From: Syntrophorhabdaceae bacterium
GTDB lineage: Bacteria; Desulfobacterota; Syntrophorhabdia; Syntrophorhabdales; Syntrophorhabdaceae
NCBI GenBank assembly: GCA_963666485.2
Contig: CAXXUO010000009.1
Location: forward strand, 352,001 to 416,000
Length of the DNA stretch: 64,000 bases
Direction: 5' to 3'
Shown here: in pieces, positions 1 through 9,834 of the stretch
Position numbering within the stretch: position 1 is the stretch's first letter
Layout: every line of letters starts with the position of its first letter
Notes under the pieces: model-generated
What the model saw: the letters and a program-made list of their open reading frames with translations, nothing else
Databases searched by the model: none
What the model was told of the DNA's origin: nothing
Program-made: the position numbers and the translations under genes

Positions 1-77
1 AGCGGATCAACGTTCCGCTTCTTCTATTCCTGTGCTGATATTTCATAAACCCGTCTCCTGCAATAAGTTTCTTAATG

Positions 78-512
78 CTATCCGTCCAGATCGGGATCAA
101 TGGGCCGGCCGGTCCGGTATGATACACTTTTCATGGTTGCGATCAATACCCTGTCGCCATCTTTTTCCGTGTAAACGGTAAATATATAGGAACCCGTCCG
201 CTTGTTCATCGAGAGATTTTCGCCTTCGACGACAAGGCGCGACCCCGGTTCGGGGCTCGCATGATAGGTAATGGAACAGTCAAGGGCCACCGAGATATTG
301 TTCGTGTTGTTCCCGAGCACTGAGAATGCCGCGTCGGCAAGGGAATAGATCGCTGCGCCATGCGGCCTTCCGTAAAAATTGAGCGTGCCCGGGCCAAGCT
401 CCATATGCATCCTGATCGTCGTGTCCGTCAGTTCGTCGAGGACGATGCCGAGTTGCCGGGCATACTGATCGGCCGCAAATAACTTGCGAATCAAGTCACG
501 GTGCTTTTCCAT
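78..512 (-). CDS. PaaI-family hotdog-fold thioesterase
   Basis: 144 aa; NFYGRPHGAAIYSLADAAF matches the PaaI N-x-x-G-x-x-HGG-like motif. Confidence 0.85.
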   Translation of the reverse strand: MEKHRDLIRKLFAADQYARQLGIVLDELTDTTIRMHMELGPGTLNFYGRPHGAAIYSLADAAFSVLGNNTNNISVALDCSITYHASPEPGSRLVVEGENLSMNKRTGSYIFTVYTEKDGDRVLIATMKSVSYRTGRPIDPDLDG

Positions 513-524
513 GTGAACCTCACA

Positions 525-1415
525 TTACAGGTATATACGCATTTCACTTTCAAAATACCGTGGCCGGCCCGTCAGGGGATCGGTGAATTCGACCGAACGC
601 GCGACAAGTTTGAGCGGGAGCGAGAAATCATCCTCTGCGGGGGGCAGCGTGACGGGATAGAACCGGTCATTGATTATCGGTATCCCGCAAGCCGCCATGT
701 GGACCCGTAGCTGATGCTTTCTTCCCGTCAGCGGCTCAAGCCGGTACAAGGCGATGCCATCCTTTTTTTCAATGATGCTTATCCTCGTATGCGCGTTCGG
801 CGGTCCTTCCGCCTCGTCCATCCTGAAAAAAGGCTTTCCCGCAACGATGCGGCTCGCCCGTTCGACGGGGAACTGCATACCCGGATCATACGCCGCCAGG
901 GCCTCATATACCTTGTGAACGCTTCGCCTGTGAAATAACGAAGCGTATCTTCCCCTGGTCCCGGCATTGAGCGAAAAGATCACGATCCCGGCCGTCTCCC
1001 TGTCAATACGGTGAATGGGGACGAGATCGTCGAGCATCAACTTCTGCTTGAGCCTGACGAGGAGCGTCTCCTTCAGGTATCGTCCTGACGGTATCACGGG
1101 AAGAAAGTGCGGCTTATCGGCAACCACGATATGTTCATCCCGGTAGAGGACCGACTCCTCGAAGGGTATGGCAGTCTCTTCGTCAAGTTCGCGGTAGTAA
1201 AATATGTAGCTTCCGGTCCGGCAGGGGGAATCCTGGGCCAGTCTCGTCCCGTTCCCGTCAACGACATTCCCCTTTTCCATCCGGGAGACCCAGGTTTCGG
1301 CCGGGATCCCGCGGAACCTGCGGGTGAGTACTTCAAGCGCGTTGAGACCGTCGCCGCGCATGACCCTTAAGCAGCTCGGGCCCACGCCATGGAGTGTCGG
1401 AAGTGGTTTTTTCAT
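525..1415 (-). CDS. RluA-family pseudouridine synthase
   Basis: Motifs VADKPHFLP, IHRIDRETAG (catalytic Asp), TGRKHQLRVHM. Start placed at ATG 1415 (MKKPLPT); the ORF-track extension to 1634 is AT-rich and looks intergenic. Confidence 0.9.
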   Translation of the reverse strand: MKKPLPTLHGVGPSCLRVMRGDGLNALEVLTRRFRGIPAETWVSRMEKGNVVDGNGTRLAQDSPCRTGSYIFYYRELDEETAIPFEESVLYRDEHIVVADKPHFLPVIPSGRYLKETLLVRLKQKLMLDDLVPIHRIDRETAGIVIFSLNAGTRGRYASLFHRRSVHKVYEALAAYDPGMQFPVERASRIVAGKPFFRMDEAEGPPNAHTRISIIEKKDGIALYRLEPLTGRKHQLRVHMAACGIPIINDRFYPVTLPPAEDDFSLPLKLVARSVEFTDPLTGRPRYFESEMRIYL

Positions 1416-1643
1416 AACATTTTGGCCCCTAAATCGACGGCCGGGTTTTTCTGCAGTGATTTTATCATAATTAAAACGGGCAGTCTTGTGATATGATACG
1501 TACAAAAAAATCTTGTATAAGTTCCTTTTTGAATGGATAATCACATAGGGGATCCCGGCAAATCTGTTATAATGGGTCACGAGGCAGAACAAGGGCCAAC
1601 CGGTGGAACACCTGACAGAACAATTCGGAGGCAAAATATCGAT

Positions 1644-2126
1644 ATGTACAAGATCCTGAGGTCAGTCGTTATCGGCCTGGTATTTACGGTATTATTCTCG
1701 GGAATGGCAGATGCTCAATGGGTATATGTCGGGCGTAAAGCGCTTGGCAAAGTGAAGCAGCTGACGAGCGGAGCGGACAGTTACCAGAAATCGCTCGAAG
1801 ACGGGCAAAAGAATGTCCCGCAGCCGGGATATGATGCCGGGACGGTGCTTCTCGAAGTGCCGGCAGAAAAAGTATATTCAGCGGCGATCAATTTAATGCA
1901 GGCAAACAAAGACGTTCGGATCACGAAAAAGGATGACAGGGCCCTCACTATCGAATTCACACACGGTTCCATTGCAGCCGGCTTGCAGATAACCTCACTC
2001 TCCGATACTATCAGTCAACTTCTCGTAGTCGCAACAAAAGAAGGAAAGGGCGATTCGTCCATGGTCTTGAAAGCAATACTGAGGATATGCAACGAAATGG
2101 GGGTACACTGCCAATCCTCAGATTAA
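1644..2126 (+). CDS. exported hypothetical protein
   Basis: ATG 1644 after GGAGG; signal peptide MYKILRSVVIGLVFTVLFSGMADA. Confidence 0.7.
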   Translation: MYKILRSVVIGLVFTVLFSGMADAQWVYVGRKALGKVKQLTSGADSYQKSLEDGQKNVPQPGYDAGTVLLEVPAEKVYSAAINLMQANKDVRITKKDDRALTIEFTHGSIAAGLQITSLSDTISQLLVVATKEGKGDSSMVLKAILRICNEMGVHCQSSD

Positions 2127-2209
2127 GAGCTGTCAAACGGTATAGAAACAAAACATGTTGCTCTTCGTATCTTTTTCTTACTATATTATTCTTTCGAAAG
2201 GAGAAGTGA

Positions 2210-2584
2210 GTGAAGCTACAGGAAGTTAAAGACATACTCGATGCCGAGGTTATCGTTGGGAATGACCTCCTGAACACTGAAGTACGGACAGCATTCGGAG
2301 CGGACCTGATGAGTGACGTTCTCGCTTTTGCCAAACCGGGGAGCCTTCTTCTCACCGGTTTGACAAATCCCCAGGTTATCCGCACGTCCGATGTCCTCGA
2401 TATAGCCGCGATCATCCTGGTGCGCGGCAAAAGGCCCTTATCGGAAACGATCCAACTTGCGGAAGAATTACGAATACCGCTATTGACCACGAAGTTTATA
2501 CTCTTTGAAGCCGTCGGTCGGCTCTATGCCCAGGGAATCCGTGGCTGCATAGAAAAGGTCGGCGATGCACGTGACCTTTCCTGA
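2210..2584 (+). CDS. DRTGG-domain protein
   Basis: GADLMSDVLA..LLLTGLTNPQVIRT..IILVRGK is typical of stand-alone DRTGG proteins; RBS AAGGAG. Confidence 0.85.
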   Translation: MKLQEVKDILDAEVIVGNDLLNTEVRTAFGADLMSDVLAFAKPGSLLLTGLTNPQVIRTSDVLDIAAIILVRGKRPLSETIQLAEELRIPLLTTKFILFEAVGRLYAQGIRGCIEKVGDARDLS

Positions 2585-3026
2585 GATAATCGAAAAGACG
2601 TTTACGGTTGAAGGAGGCTTTGAAAATGCCGGCCTGGTATCAAGCCAGGTAAAAGCCCTCCTTTCCCAACGCGACCTTCCCAAGGACATCATCAGGCGTG
2701 TCTCTATCGTGACCCTGGAAGCCGAAATGAACATCTGTTCGTACGCACACCGGGGACACATAACGGTCCGTGTCCTGCCCCATTTCATCACGATCGAGGC
2801 AATTGACGAGGGACAGGGGATCCATGACATAGAACAGGCAATGATGGAAGGCTATTCGACTGCCACCGACAAGATCCGGAGCATGGGTTTCGGCGCGGGT
2901 CTCGGGCTTTCGAACATGAAAAAATTCTCCGATACCTTCCGTCTCATTTCTGAGGTCGGCAAGGGTACCCATTTGAAAATGCTCATCCATATACCCAAGG
3001 AATTTCATCCGCAGAAAGCACAATAG
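2565..3026 (+). CDS. GHKL ATP-binding protein (RsbT/anti-sigma kinase-like)
   Basis: EAEMN, DEGQGI, GYSTA..GFGAGLGLSNM, SEVGKGT boxes. Confidence 0.85.
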   Translation: MHVTFPEIIEKTFTVEGGFENAGLVSSQVKALLSQRDLPKDIIRRVSIVTLEAEMNICSYAHRGHITVRVLPHFITIEAIDEGQGIHDIEQAMMEGYSTATDKIRSMGFGAGLGLSNMKKFSDTFRLISEVGKGTHLKMLIHIPKEFHPQKAQ

Positions 3027-3089
3027 CATTTTCCTCATTGAATACTACCGATCTTTTTTGGTAAGGTTATTGTAATCGATTCAATAACA

Positions 3090-4556
3090 ATGATAGACGC
3101 AGACAAAAGCAAAGAGCAGCTTATCGTCGAACTCGCACAGGCGCGTCAGCGCGTTTCCGAACTGGAAAGGTCGGAGGGACAGCACGCGCTGGTGGAGAAG
3201 GGATTACGGGAAAGCTACGAGTACGCGAAGGGCCTTTTTACCGCCTCGCACATCCCCCTCATTATCATGGACGCGGAAACGGGCGTATATATGGACTGCA
3301 ACGAGGCTGCGGTAAAAATATACGGATACGCTAACCGCGAGGAGGTCCTGGGCAAAACACCTCTCGACGTCTCCGCACCGACCCAGTATGACGGTTCAGA
3401 TTCGACGGCTGAAGTCAAAAAACACAACGAGGCAGCCCGGAGAGAGGGTTCCCACGTATTCGAATGGCGGCACCAGCGGGCTAACGGGGAGATATGGGAC
3501 GCAGATGTCCATCTCATGTTCCTGGAGAACCGGGGACATCCACTCCTCCAGTTCCAGCTTCAGGATATCACCGAACGGAAGAAGGTTGAAAAGGCGGTCG
3601 CCGAGAGCGAAGAGACGTTGCGGTCCTTTTTCGATGCCATAAGCGAGCCCCTGCTGCTGACTGATCCGCGCGGTACGATCCTCATGGCGAACGAAACAAT
3701 GGCCCGGAGGCTTGGAAAGAACGTGAACGAGCTTATCGGCCTTTGCCAGTACGATTTCTTTCCGCCGGATGTCGCACAAAACAGGAAAAAATATTATGAC
3801 AGGGTCTTTCTGACAGGCGAACCGGTGCATTTTGAAGATCAAAGAGACAACCGGACCTTCGAAATATCCGCATACCCCGTCTTTGACGAGCAGCGGGCCG
3901 TATCCAAGATATCCATTTATGTCAGGGACATCACGGAACGCAAGCGCATGGAAGAGGACCTCAGGCAGACAGAGAAAAAATTCAGGGACCTCGCGGAGAA
4001 ATCGGTTGTCGGCGTATACGTGCTTCAAGATGGTCTGTTCAAATACGTCAATGAAAAACATGCCGAGATCCTCGGCTATACGACGGAAGAATTGACCGGC
4101 GGGATGGGGCCCCTTGATGTGGTCTATCCGGAAGATTGGCCTTTACTGGAGGAAAACGTCAGGCGAAGGCTGTCAGGAGAGGTCAAAGCTCTCACCTACG
4201 AGTTCAGGATCATCAGGAAAGATAAAGAGCTGAGAAACGTCGAAGCTCACACGTCCCTCTCCACGTACGAGGGAAAGGACGCGATCCTGGGGACCATCCT
4301 CGACATCACCGAACGCAAGCAGGCGCAGGAGGACCGCGAGAGGCTGATCCTCGAGCTCAAGAATGCCCTCGCCCAGGTCAAGACCTTAAGCGGTTTGCTC
4401 CCCATCTGCGCCTCCTGCAAAAAAATACGCAACGACCAGGGATACTGGGAGCAGATGGAGATGTACATACGCAACCACTCAGAGGCCGAATTCTCCCACG
4501 GCTACTGCCCCGAGTGCGCCGCAAAACTGCTTTCCGAATTAAAGCAAAAGAAATAG
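3090..4556 (+). CDS. multi-PAS sensor protein with C-terminal Cys/His domain
   Basis: Three PAS/PAC repeats ending DITERK; tail LLPICASCKKIR..GYW..FSHGYCPEC. Confidence 0.85.
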   Translation: MIDADKSKEQLIVELAQARQRVSELERSEGQHALVEKGLRESYEYAKGLFTASHIPLIIMDAETGVYMDCNEAAVKIYGYANREEVLGKTPLDVSAPTQYDGSDSTAEVKKHNEAARREGSHVFEWRHQRANGEIWDADVHLMFLENRGHPLLQFQLQDITERKKVEKAVAESEETLRSFFDAISEPLLLTDPRGTILMANETMARRLGKNVNELIGLCQYDFFPPDVAQNRKKYYDRVFLTGEPVHFEDQRDNRTFEISAYPVFDEQRAVSKISIYVRDITERKRMEEDLRQTEKKFRDLAEKSVVGVYVLQDGLFKYVNEKHAEILGYTTEELTGGMGPLDVVYPEDWPLLEENVRRRLSGEVKALTYEFRIIRKDKELRNVEAHTSLSTYEGKDAILGTILDITERKQAQEDRERLILELKNALAQVKTLSGLLPICASCKKIRNDQGYWEQMEMYIRNHSEAEFSHGYCPECAAKLLSELKQKK

Positions 4557-4570
4557 ATCTTATTGACCGA

Positions 4571-4606
4571 TACCAGCCCTGTCCGGTCGTGGGAAAGGCG
4601 GGTATG
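4571..4606. terminator. imperfect hairpin between convergent genes
   Basis: ataccagcc...ggcgggtat pairing between the stops at 4556 and 4612; no strong U-tract. Confidence 0.3.
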
Positions 4607-4611
4607 TGACT

Positions 4612-5322
4612 TCATCTTCCGTCTTTCCGCACTATCCTGACAAGAGCGAATGTGTCAGTCCAATTCAGGCGCAACACGTAATTCTGTCCCGGACCATATT
4701 TTCCGGGCTCCGGTGCATTTCTCACAAGGCGCTGCAACTCGGGAATGTCGTGGAAGGTGCCTAACAATTCACAGCGTACCCGGTCCAGCATACTCCTGGC
4801 ATCAATGAAGGCAACCAATTTTTGAATATAAGACATGCGGACATTCTTTGATTCGATGAGGAAATTGCATTTACTGTCAACGCCAAGAGATACATCGCGG
4901 GGAAACCAGGCGGGTTTCACTTCTATGGCCCGGGGAAATCCCGGCACGATCTCAAGCCGTCCCCTCGCAAGAATACCTCCGGCGAACGGTAAAAAATCCG
5001 AATCACCAAAACTGATATTCCAGTTGTCCATGAATGTTTTGTTTGCATGTACTCTAAGTTTCGAACCTTGTTCAATGAGGTACAGATCTTGCTGGGCCAT
5101 GGGAAACATATCTATGTAGCCTTTGCCCTTTTTAATCCCGTCTTTTTCGGTTATTTTGTAAATATACCGGGAGTAAGGCCTCGTCGGTTCGGTTTCGTTC
5201 GCGAGGCTCTGCATTTCCGATCTCGTCGGAGCGGGGGGTTCCCGGGTTAGCGCCCCGGTACCGGCACAACCGGCGAGTAATATCCCTGACACAGCAATGG
5301 CGAAAAAGAATCGTAGTTTCAT
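4612..5322 (-). CDS. lipoprotein, last gene of T4SS-like operon
   Basis: MKLRFFFAIAVSGILLAG-C lipobox; RBS GGAG; 13 bp after the DotG-like gene. Confidence 0.75.
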   Translation of the reverse strand: MKLRFFFAIAVSGILLAGCAGTGALTREPPAPTRSEMQSLANETEPTRPYSRYIYKITEKDGIKKGKGYIDMFPMAQQDLYLIEQGSKLRVHANKTFMDNWNISFGDSDFLPFAGGILARGRLEIVPGFPRAIEVKPAWFPRDVSLGVDSKCNFLIESKNVRMSYIQKLVAFIDARSMLDRVRCELLGTFHDIPELQRLVRNAPEPGKYGPGQNYVLRLNWTDTFALVRIVRKDGR

Positions 5323-5335
5323 GTGATATCTCCGG

Positions 5336-6496
5336 TTATGGCATAAAGTAGATGAGCACGGGCACACCTTTTTCCATGATCAGAGTTGGTGTCTTTCTTG
5401 CTGAATTCTCCACTTTTTTCGACATTCCCTGGAACATGGCATCCCCGGACGCAAGACCGGCTTCCCTCAAACGATTGTCGTCTTTCGTCTGACCCGTGAC
5501 CGTTGTGCCTGATGTCACTTCTATCGTTGTCGTATCTTTTCTCAGAGCATTCAAGAAAGATGACATTCCCGACAATACACTGCTCGCCACAGTGCCGGCT
5601 ATATCATCATGCCGTATGGTGGAAATAATGCCATCTGATTGATCTATGGACGCAACGTATCCCTTCATAGGGTAATGAGCGTTTTCGGGATTAAGGACCC
5701 CGGAAATTTCGACGTGGAACCTGTTGTCCGTAAAATTAGGGCTTGCCTTCCCTACAATTTTCCAGCCTTTAAGCGGTATCTCGGTGCCCGTTGCAACGAA
5801 TATTGCTTTTGCATCCGACGAGGTGAATGTCCGGTCGATTACGGCTCGGTACGGTCGGTAAAATTGCACCTTCAGCCCCTGTCCGGTATAAGCGGGGCTT
5901 CTTTCCGTTCCGGGCACCTCTTTTTCATTTGGAGCGGATTGTGCCGCGGTATTCACAACCGCGGATGAGCCATGGCTCCCAACGAATCCTCCCGATATCT
6001 TTTGAAAATACATATGTTCCCATGCTTTTTTCCGTGTCTGTTCGTTATCGGTGCTGCTGAGCGAGCCGATCTGTGAATCCATCCCCTCATTGTAGATATT
6101 GGACGTGGTCTTGCCCTTTTTTGCGAAAGACAGTGGGTCACGCTCAGGGACGATCATGCCCGCAAGATCGACGTCCTCTTTTCTCTTTTTCGAGGGCCCC
6201 ACCCTTCCGATATATCCGCCCCTTTCGCTTGCCTTGAGCATCTGCTGTTCCTTCTTGATGGCATCGCCGATCGTACTTTCATCCGACTTCTTCTCGTCAA
6301 CTGCGTACGGGTCCGTCTCTTTGGACCCCGCAACGCCTGCGTTCTTTCTGGCAGCGGTCTTTTTATTTATATCGAGCTGCGACATTTTCATTTTCTTAGA
6401 TCTGTCCATAAGAACCCCTATAGCAAGGGATATGAAGAATGCGGCCGCAATCACGGCAATGGTTATCAATATGGCGGGTTTTGGGAATCTTCTCAT
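5336..6496 (-). CDS. VirB10/TrbI family protein, DotG/IcmE-like C-terminal domain
   Basis: N-terminal TM, low-complexity linker, then AVIDRTFTS..PLKGWKIVG..SSFLNAL..TPTLIMEKGVPVLIYF, resembling the DotG/TraO C-terminal domain. Confidence 0.7.
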   Translation of the reverse strand: MRRFPKPAILITIAVIAAAFFISLAIGVLMDRSKKMKMSQLDINKKTAARKNAGVAGSKETDPYAVDEKKSDESTIGDAIKKEQQMLKASERGGYIGRVGPSKKRKEDVDLAGMIVPERDPLSFAKKGKTTSNIYNEGMDSQIGSLSSTDNEQTRKKAWEHMYFQKISGGFVGSHGSSAVVNTAAQSAPNEKEVPGTERSPAYTGQGLKVQFYRPYRAVIDRTFTSSDAKAIFVATGTEIPLKGWKIVGKASPNFTDNRFHVEISGVLNPENAHYPMKGYVASIDQSDGIISTIRHDDIAGTVASSVLSGMSSFLNALRKDTTTIEVTSGTTVTGQTKDDNRLREAGLASGDAMFQGMSKKVENSARKTPTLIMEKGVPVLIYFMP

Positions 6497-7077
6497 ATGC
6501 CGGACTCCCTCCAGATCGGTTTGATTATGTATCGGGAACCCGAGAAAAGGATCGCATTACCGGCTTCGATTTTGGCGACATCAATTGCGTCCTGTTTGTT
6601 ATTGAAGAAAACCGATATGTGCGTGTCTTCCCCTGGCTCTACGGCAAATACAATGTCCCCGAGATCAACAGGTTCTTTTTCATGAAGGCAATAAACGGCC
6701 CTGAGGTTATGGTACGTCTGAAGATACTTATATTCATTCGGCATTATCTCGTTCCATACGCCCCTCGCCTGGGCAAGCCTCTCATTGTCAAAAACAAATG
6801 CGATCACCGAGTCTCCGCCATGCGGTGAAATTACCGGGATCCTTTCCGGCACTTCAAATCGCGCCCTGATATTTTCAGTAAGCGGGTCTTCCGAGGGTAA
6901 TGCCCTTATACCAACTGACAAGGTGTTGATCGCGCGTAGGAATTCGCCGACAGCGTCCATCGTCATCCCCGAGGACCTCTGGCCTTGCTGAGCATTGCTA
7001 AATGACGCCGGCATAAAAAAGGCGAGCACGACGATTGCCAGGAACGATCTGAAGATTGTTTTCATATTCTCTTTCAT
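6493..7077 (-). CDS. exported hypothetical protein in T4SS-like operon
   Basis: Signal peptide; ATGA overlap with the downstream gene, 2-bp gap to the upstream gene. Confidence 0.75.
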   Translation of the reverse strand: MKENMKTIFRSFLAIVVLAFFMPASFSNAQQGQRSSGMTMDAVGEFLRAINTLSVGIRALPSEDPLTENIRARFEVPERIPVISPHGGDSVIAFVFDNERLAQARGVWNEIMPNEYKYLQTYHNLRAVYCLHEKEPVDLGDIVFAVEPGEDTHISVFFNNKQDAIDVAKIEAGNAILFSGSRYIIKPIWRESGI

Positions 7078-7079
7078 CC

Positions 7080-9815
7080 TTATGATAAATAGCCGTCTGA
7101 ATCTATTTTCCTCATCACGGTATTGATATCTATGGTCCTCCCGATGCTCCCTTCCGGGAACATATCGGCAAGGGCCTCGATGGCCACAGCCTGCGCGCGC
7201 CTTGAAGATATGCCGCGATCCTTCAGGGTCAGTGCAATGTTTTCCCTTAAGTACCGCTCATCCTTGTGCGTGGTGTAGCGCCATCGGCTGCCTGGCGTCT
7301 GAACATTGATAAGAACGCCTTTCCCGAGGTCTTCATTGAGCGCAAGGATCTCTGCATATTTACCCGGATGGAACTTGAGGGATAGGAGGAGCTCACGGTC
7401 CTCATTTTTAAGGCCTAATATTTTGACTATATTATCTATTCCTTCAACCGTCGGGTTGTCCGGCGATATATGCCGCGTGAAAAATTTGTTGGCTGCGGCC
7501 GATATAAAATGCTTTCCCCTTTCAGCGATGTCGAGAATATCCTGCGTGACCAGGTATGTCGCCAACCCGAGGGTCCTTTGCTGCCGAGCATCTTTATCAA
7601 GCACATCGAGGATGGTTTCGTTATTTTTCAGATTATGGAACTCATCATAAACGAACAATTTTGGCCTGTTTTGCACTGCGAGCATCCAGTCGACAGATGC
7701 GGCGCCAAGAAAGGGGGGCATTTCACCCGGCAAATAGATTGCCTTGCGATAGGCAAAATCACGATAGAGGAGCAGCAATAACGCCAGTATTTCCCTTCTT
7801 TCACTGACAAGGCCCATGTGAATGCAAAAAATGTCTCTGTCCACCGAGAAATTGGTCACCCCGTTTAGCAACGAGGCCTGTTCGCCCTGCGCATACAGGT
7901 TAAGGACCCTCCTCATGTCTTCAGCTATCTGCCGGTCCCTTGAATTTGTGTTAATGGCAGGGTCCGACGAAAGCACCCGTATAAAGTCATTGAGCGTCGG
8001 AGTGGCAAGGCATTGCGCCGTTTCAGCGAGCTGAAAATCTTTTCTGTCCAGCGTTGAAAGGAATTTCTTTATATAGTAGTCCCGGTATTCCAGGTAGGTA
8101 TCGAATGAGGGGGCGCCCGCAAAGACCTTTTCCTGGGCCTCATTCGACATTTTGATCGTGCGCACATGGCGTGGTTCTTCCTTGAATAGCATGTCATAGG
8201 CTCTCTTGAGAGTACGTCCCAAAATGGAGAGTGTCTCTTTGGGGACCCTGCCGTCCTCGCTCAGCATAGCCGTGAACACCGCGTTTAAAGATAGTATTTT
8301 GGAACCGGTCGGTTGTTCGAACCCGACCCGCAGATCAAACATATTCACCCGTTTGTCACTGTCGCCGAATTTGACCTGTATGAAACTGCCCCCAAAATTC
8401 GAAACGACAGGTTCATACGAGGACGCTTTTGCCATATCGACAATAACAATGACTGGATCGTCGGCCATGGCACCCGTAATGATGCCGTTCATCAAAACAG
8501 ATTTGCCGCTTCCTGTCGGCCCGATCACCAATCCTGCCCACCTGTTCTGCCGGACACTGAATGGATGCAGCGCGGTTACTCCGCCATGACGATTCCTGAG
8601 CAGCATGGCAGGCCGGGACCGGTCACCCCGGTACATGCCGCGAAGCGGTACAAATTTCATAATGTCATGGCCGAAAATAATATGCGGGTCATAATTCCTC
8701 GTGGCACATCCGGGCAATGATGCCACAAACGCGTTCTCTTTCCGCATCCACTCCGCAAATATTCCCGCCCCGTCCACGGACATGGATACGGCCAGGCGGA
8801 AAGCCTGTATCTTTTCCTGCAGGGACTGAATGCTCGTGTCCCAAATGAGGCAGCTCACGAAACATTTTACGATCTTCCATCCTTCCCGGGCCCGGTCCTC
8901 AAGGAGATCGTCTATCGAAACGATCCTCTCCTTATTATCGATTGCGGCTGATGTTTTTTTCCCGCTGAAGATATTTGCCATCACACGCATCCTGGACAGG
9001 TCCTTCGCTATCGACGCGGCATCTTCACATAGTATTATCGTGTTCAGCACGAGGGGGAAATTGATGTTCTGAAGCATCCTCGACCCACATCCTGCCGGGA
9101 TCGTATTGGGAAGGGAATCCATCACCAGCGTGGCGAAAAAGTGCCGACCGTTCGTCAGATAATAGTCTTTCGCGTAGAAATCCGTGTTAAATATTCTTTT
9201 TCTCAAAGGTAACAGGCCGCCACACTCTGAAAGCGTCATAGAAGGCGCAGGATCACCGGGATTAATTATTCTCGCCAGGTTCTGCATCATCTCGGGCCCG
9301 CTTAAGCCCCGAATATCGTAGCCGAGAGGTATCAGGGTGTTCTTAAACATCGAAGCCGCCTCGTCCAGTTTTCGGTTGCGCTCCAGGAAATCACCCGAAC
9401 CCAGACACCTTTTCTTTTTACCCTCGATGGAGGCCTCGGCGCTGAGCGGCACAATGACAGTGCAATAGAGCGATGTATCGATGATCCCTCCCCGGGATTG
9501 CAGTTCGGCTACATTCTCTTTCGCCATCGAACGGGACAGGGGATCCACGTTTAATCTCGTGTATTCGTCAAGCAAACGGCCCGTGTCCTGATTCACATAC
9601 GTTGTGAACTGGACGAAAACGTTCTGCGCTGTAATATTCTTAAGCATTTCAGAGCATTTATTGACCTCGATATCCATGACCGACCTGTCTATCCCATCAG
9701 CCCCGGCCTGCATTATTTCGAAGCCATACGCCTTTTCAAAGCGTTCCAGGATCAGGTAATTATCTCCGACCATCGTGATCGGTATGCGCCGGTAAAAAGG
9801 AGATGATCTCTGCAT
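7080..9815 (-). CDS. VirB4-family ATPase, DotO/IcmB/TraU-like
   Basis: 911 aa; Walker A GPTGSGKS, Walker B RPKLFVYDEFH; PFSVRQNRW and VNMFDLRVG segments resemble IcmB/TraU. Confidence 0.85.
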   Translation of the reverse strand: MQRSSPFYRRIPITMVGDNYLILERFEKAYGFEIMQAGADGIDRSVMDIEVNKCSEMLKNITAQNVFVQFTTYVNQDTGRLLDEYTRLNVDPLSRSMAKENVAELQSRGGIIDTSLYCTVIVPLSAEASIEGKKKRCLGSGDFLERNRKLDEAASMFKNTLIPLGYDIRGLSGPEMMQNLARIINPGDPAPSMTLSECGGLLPLRKRIFNTDFYAKDYYLTNGRHFFATLVMDSLPNTIPAGCGSRMLQNINFPLVLNTIILCEDAASIAKDLSRMRVMANIFSGKKTSAAIDNKERIVSIDDLLEDRAREGWKIVKCFVSCLIWDTSIQSLQEKIQAFRLAVSMSVDGAGIFAEWMRKENAFVASLPGCATRNYDPHIIFGHDIMKFVPLRGMYRGDRSRPAMLLRNRHGGVTALHPFSVRQNRWAGLVIGPTGSGKSVLMNGIITGAMADDPVIVIVDMAKASSYEPVVSNFGGSFIQVKFGDSDKRVNMFDLRVGFEQPTGSKILSLNAVFTAMLSEDGRVPKETLSILGRTLKRAYDMLFKEEPRHVRTIKMSNEAQEKVFAGAPSFDTYLEYRDYYIKKFLSTLDRKDFQLAETAQCLATPTLNDFIRVLSSDPAINTNSRDRQIAEDMRRVLNLYAQGEQASLLNGVTNFSVDRDIFCIHMGLVSERREILALLLLLYRDFAYRKAIYLPGEMPPFLGAASVDWMLAVQNRPKLFVYDEFHNLKNNETILDVLDKDARQQRTLGLATYLVTQDILDIAERGKHFISAAANKFFTRHISPDNPTVEGIDNIVKILGLKNEDRELLLSLKFHPGKYAEILALNEDLGKGVLINVQTPGSRWRYTTHKDERYLRENIALTLKDRGISSRRAQAVAIEALADMFPEGSIGRTIDINTVMRKIDSDGYLS

Positions 9816-9834
9816 TATAATCCCGTTTTTCGGT

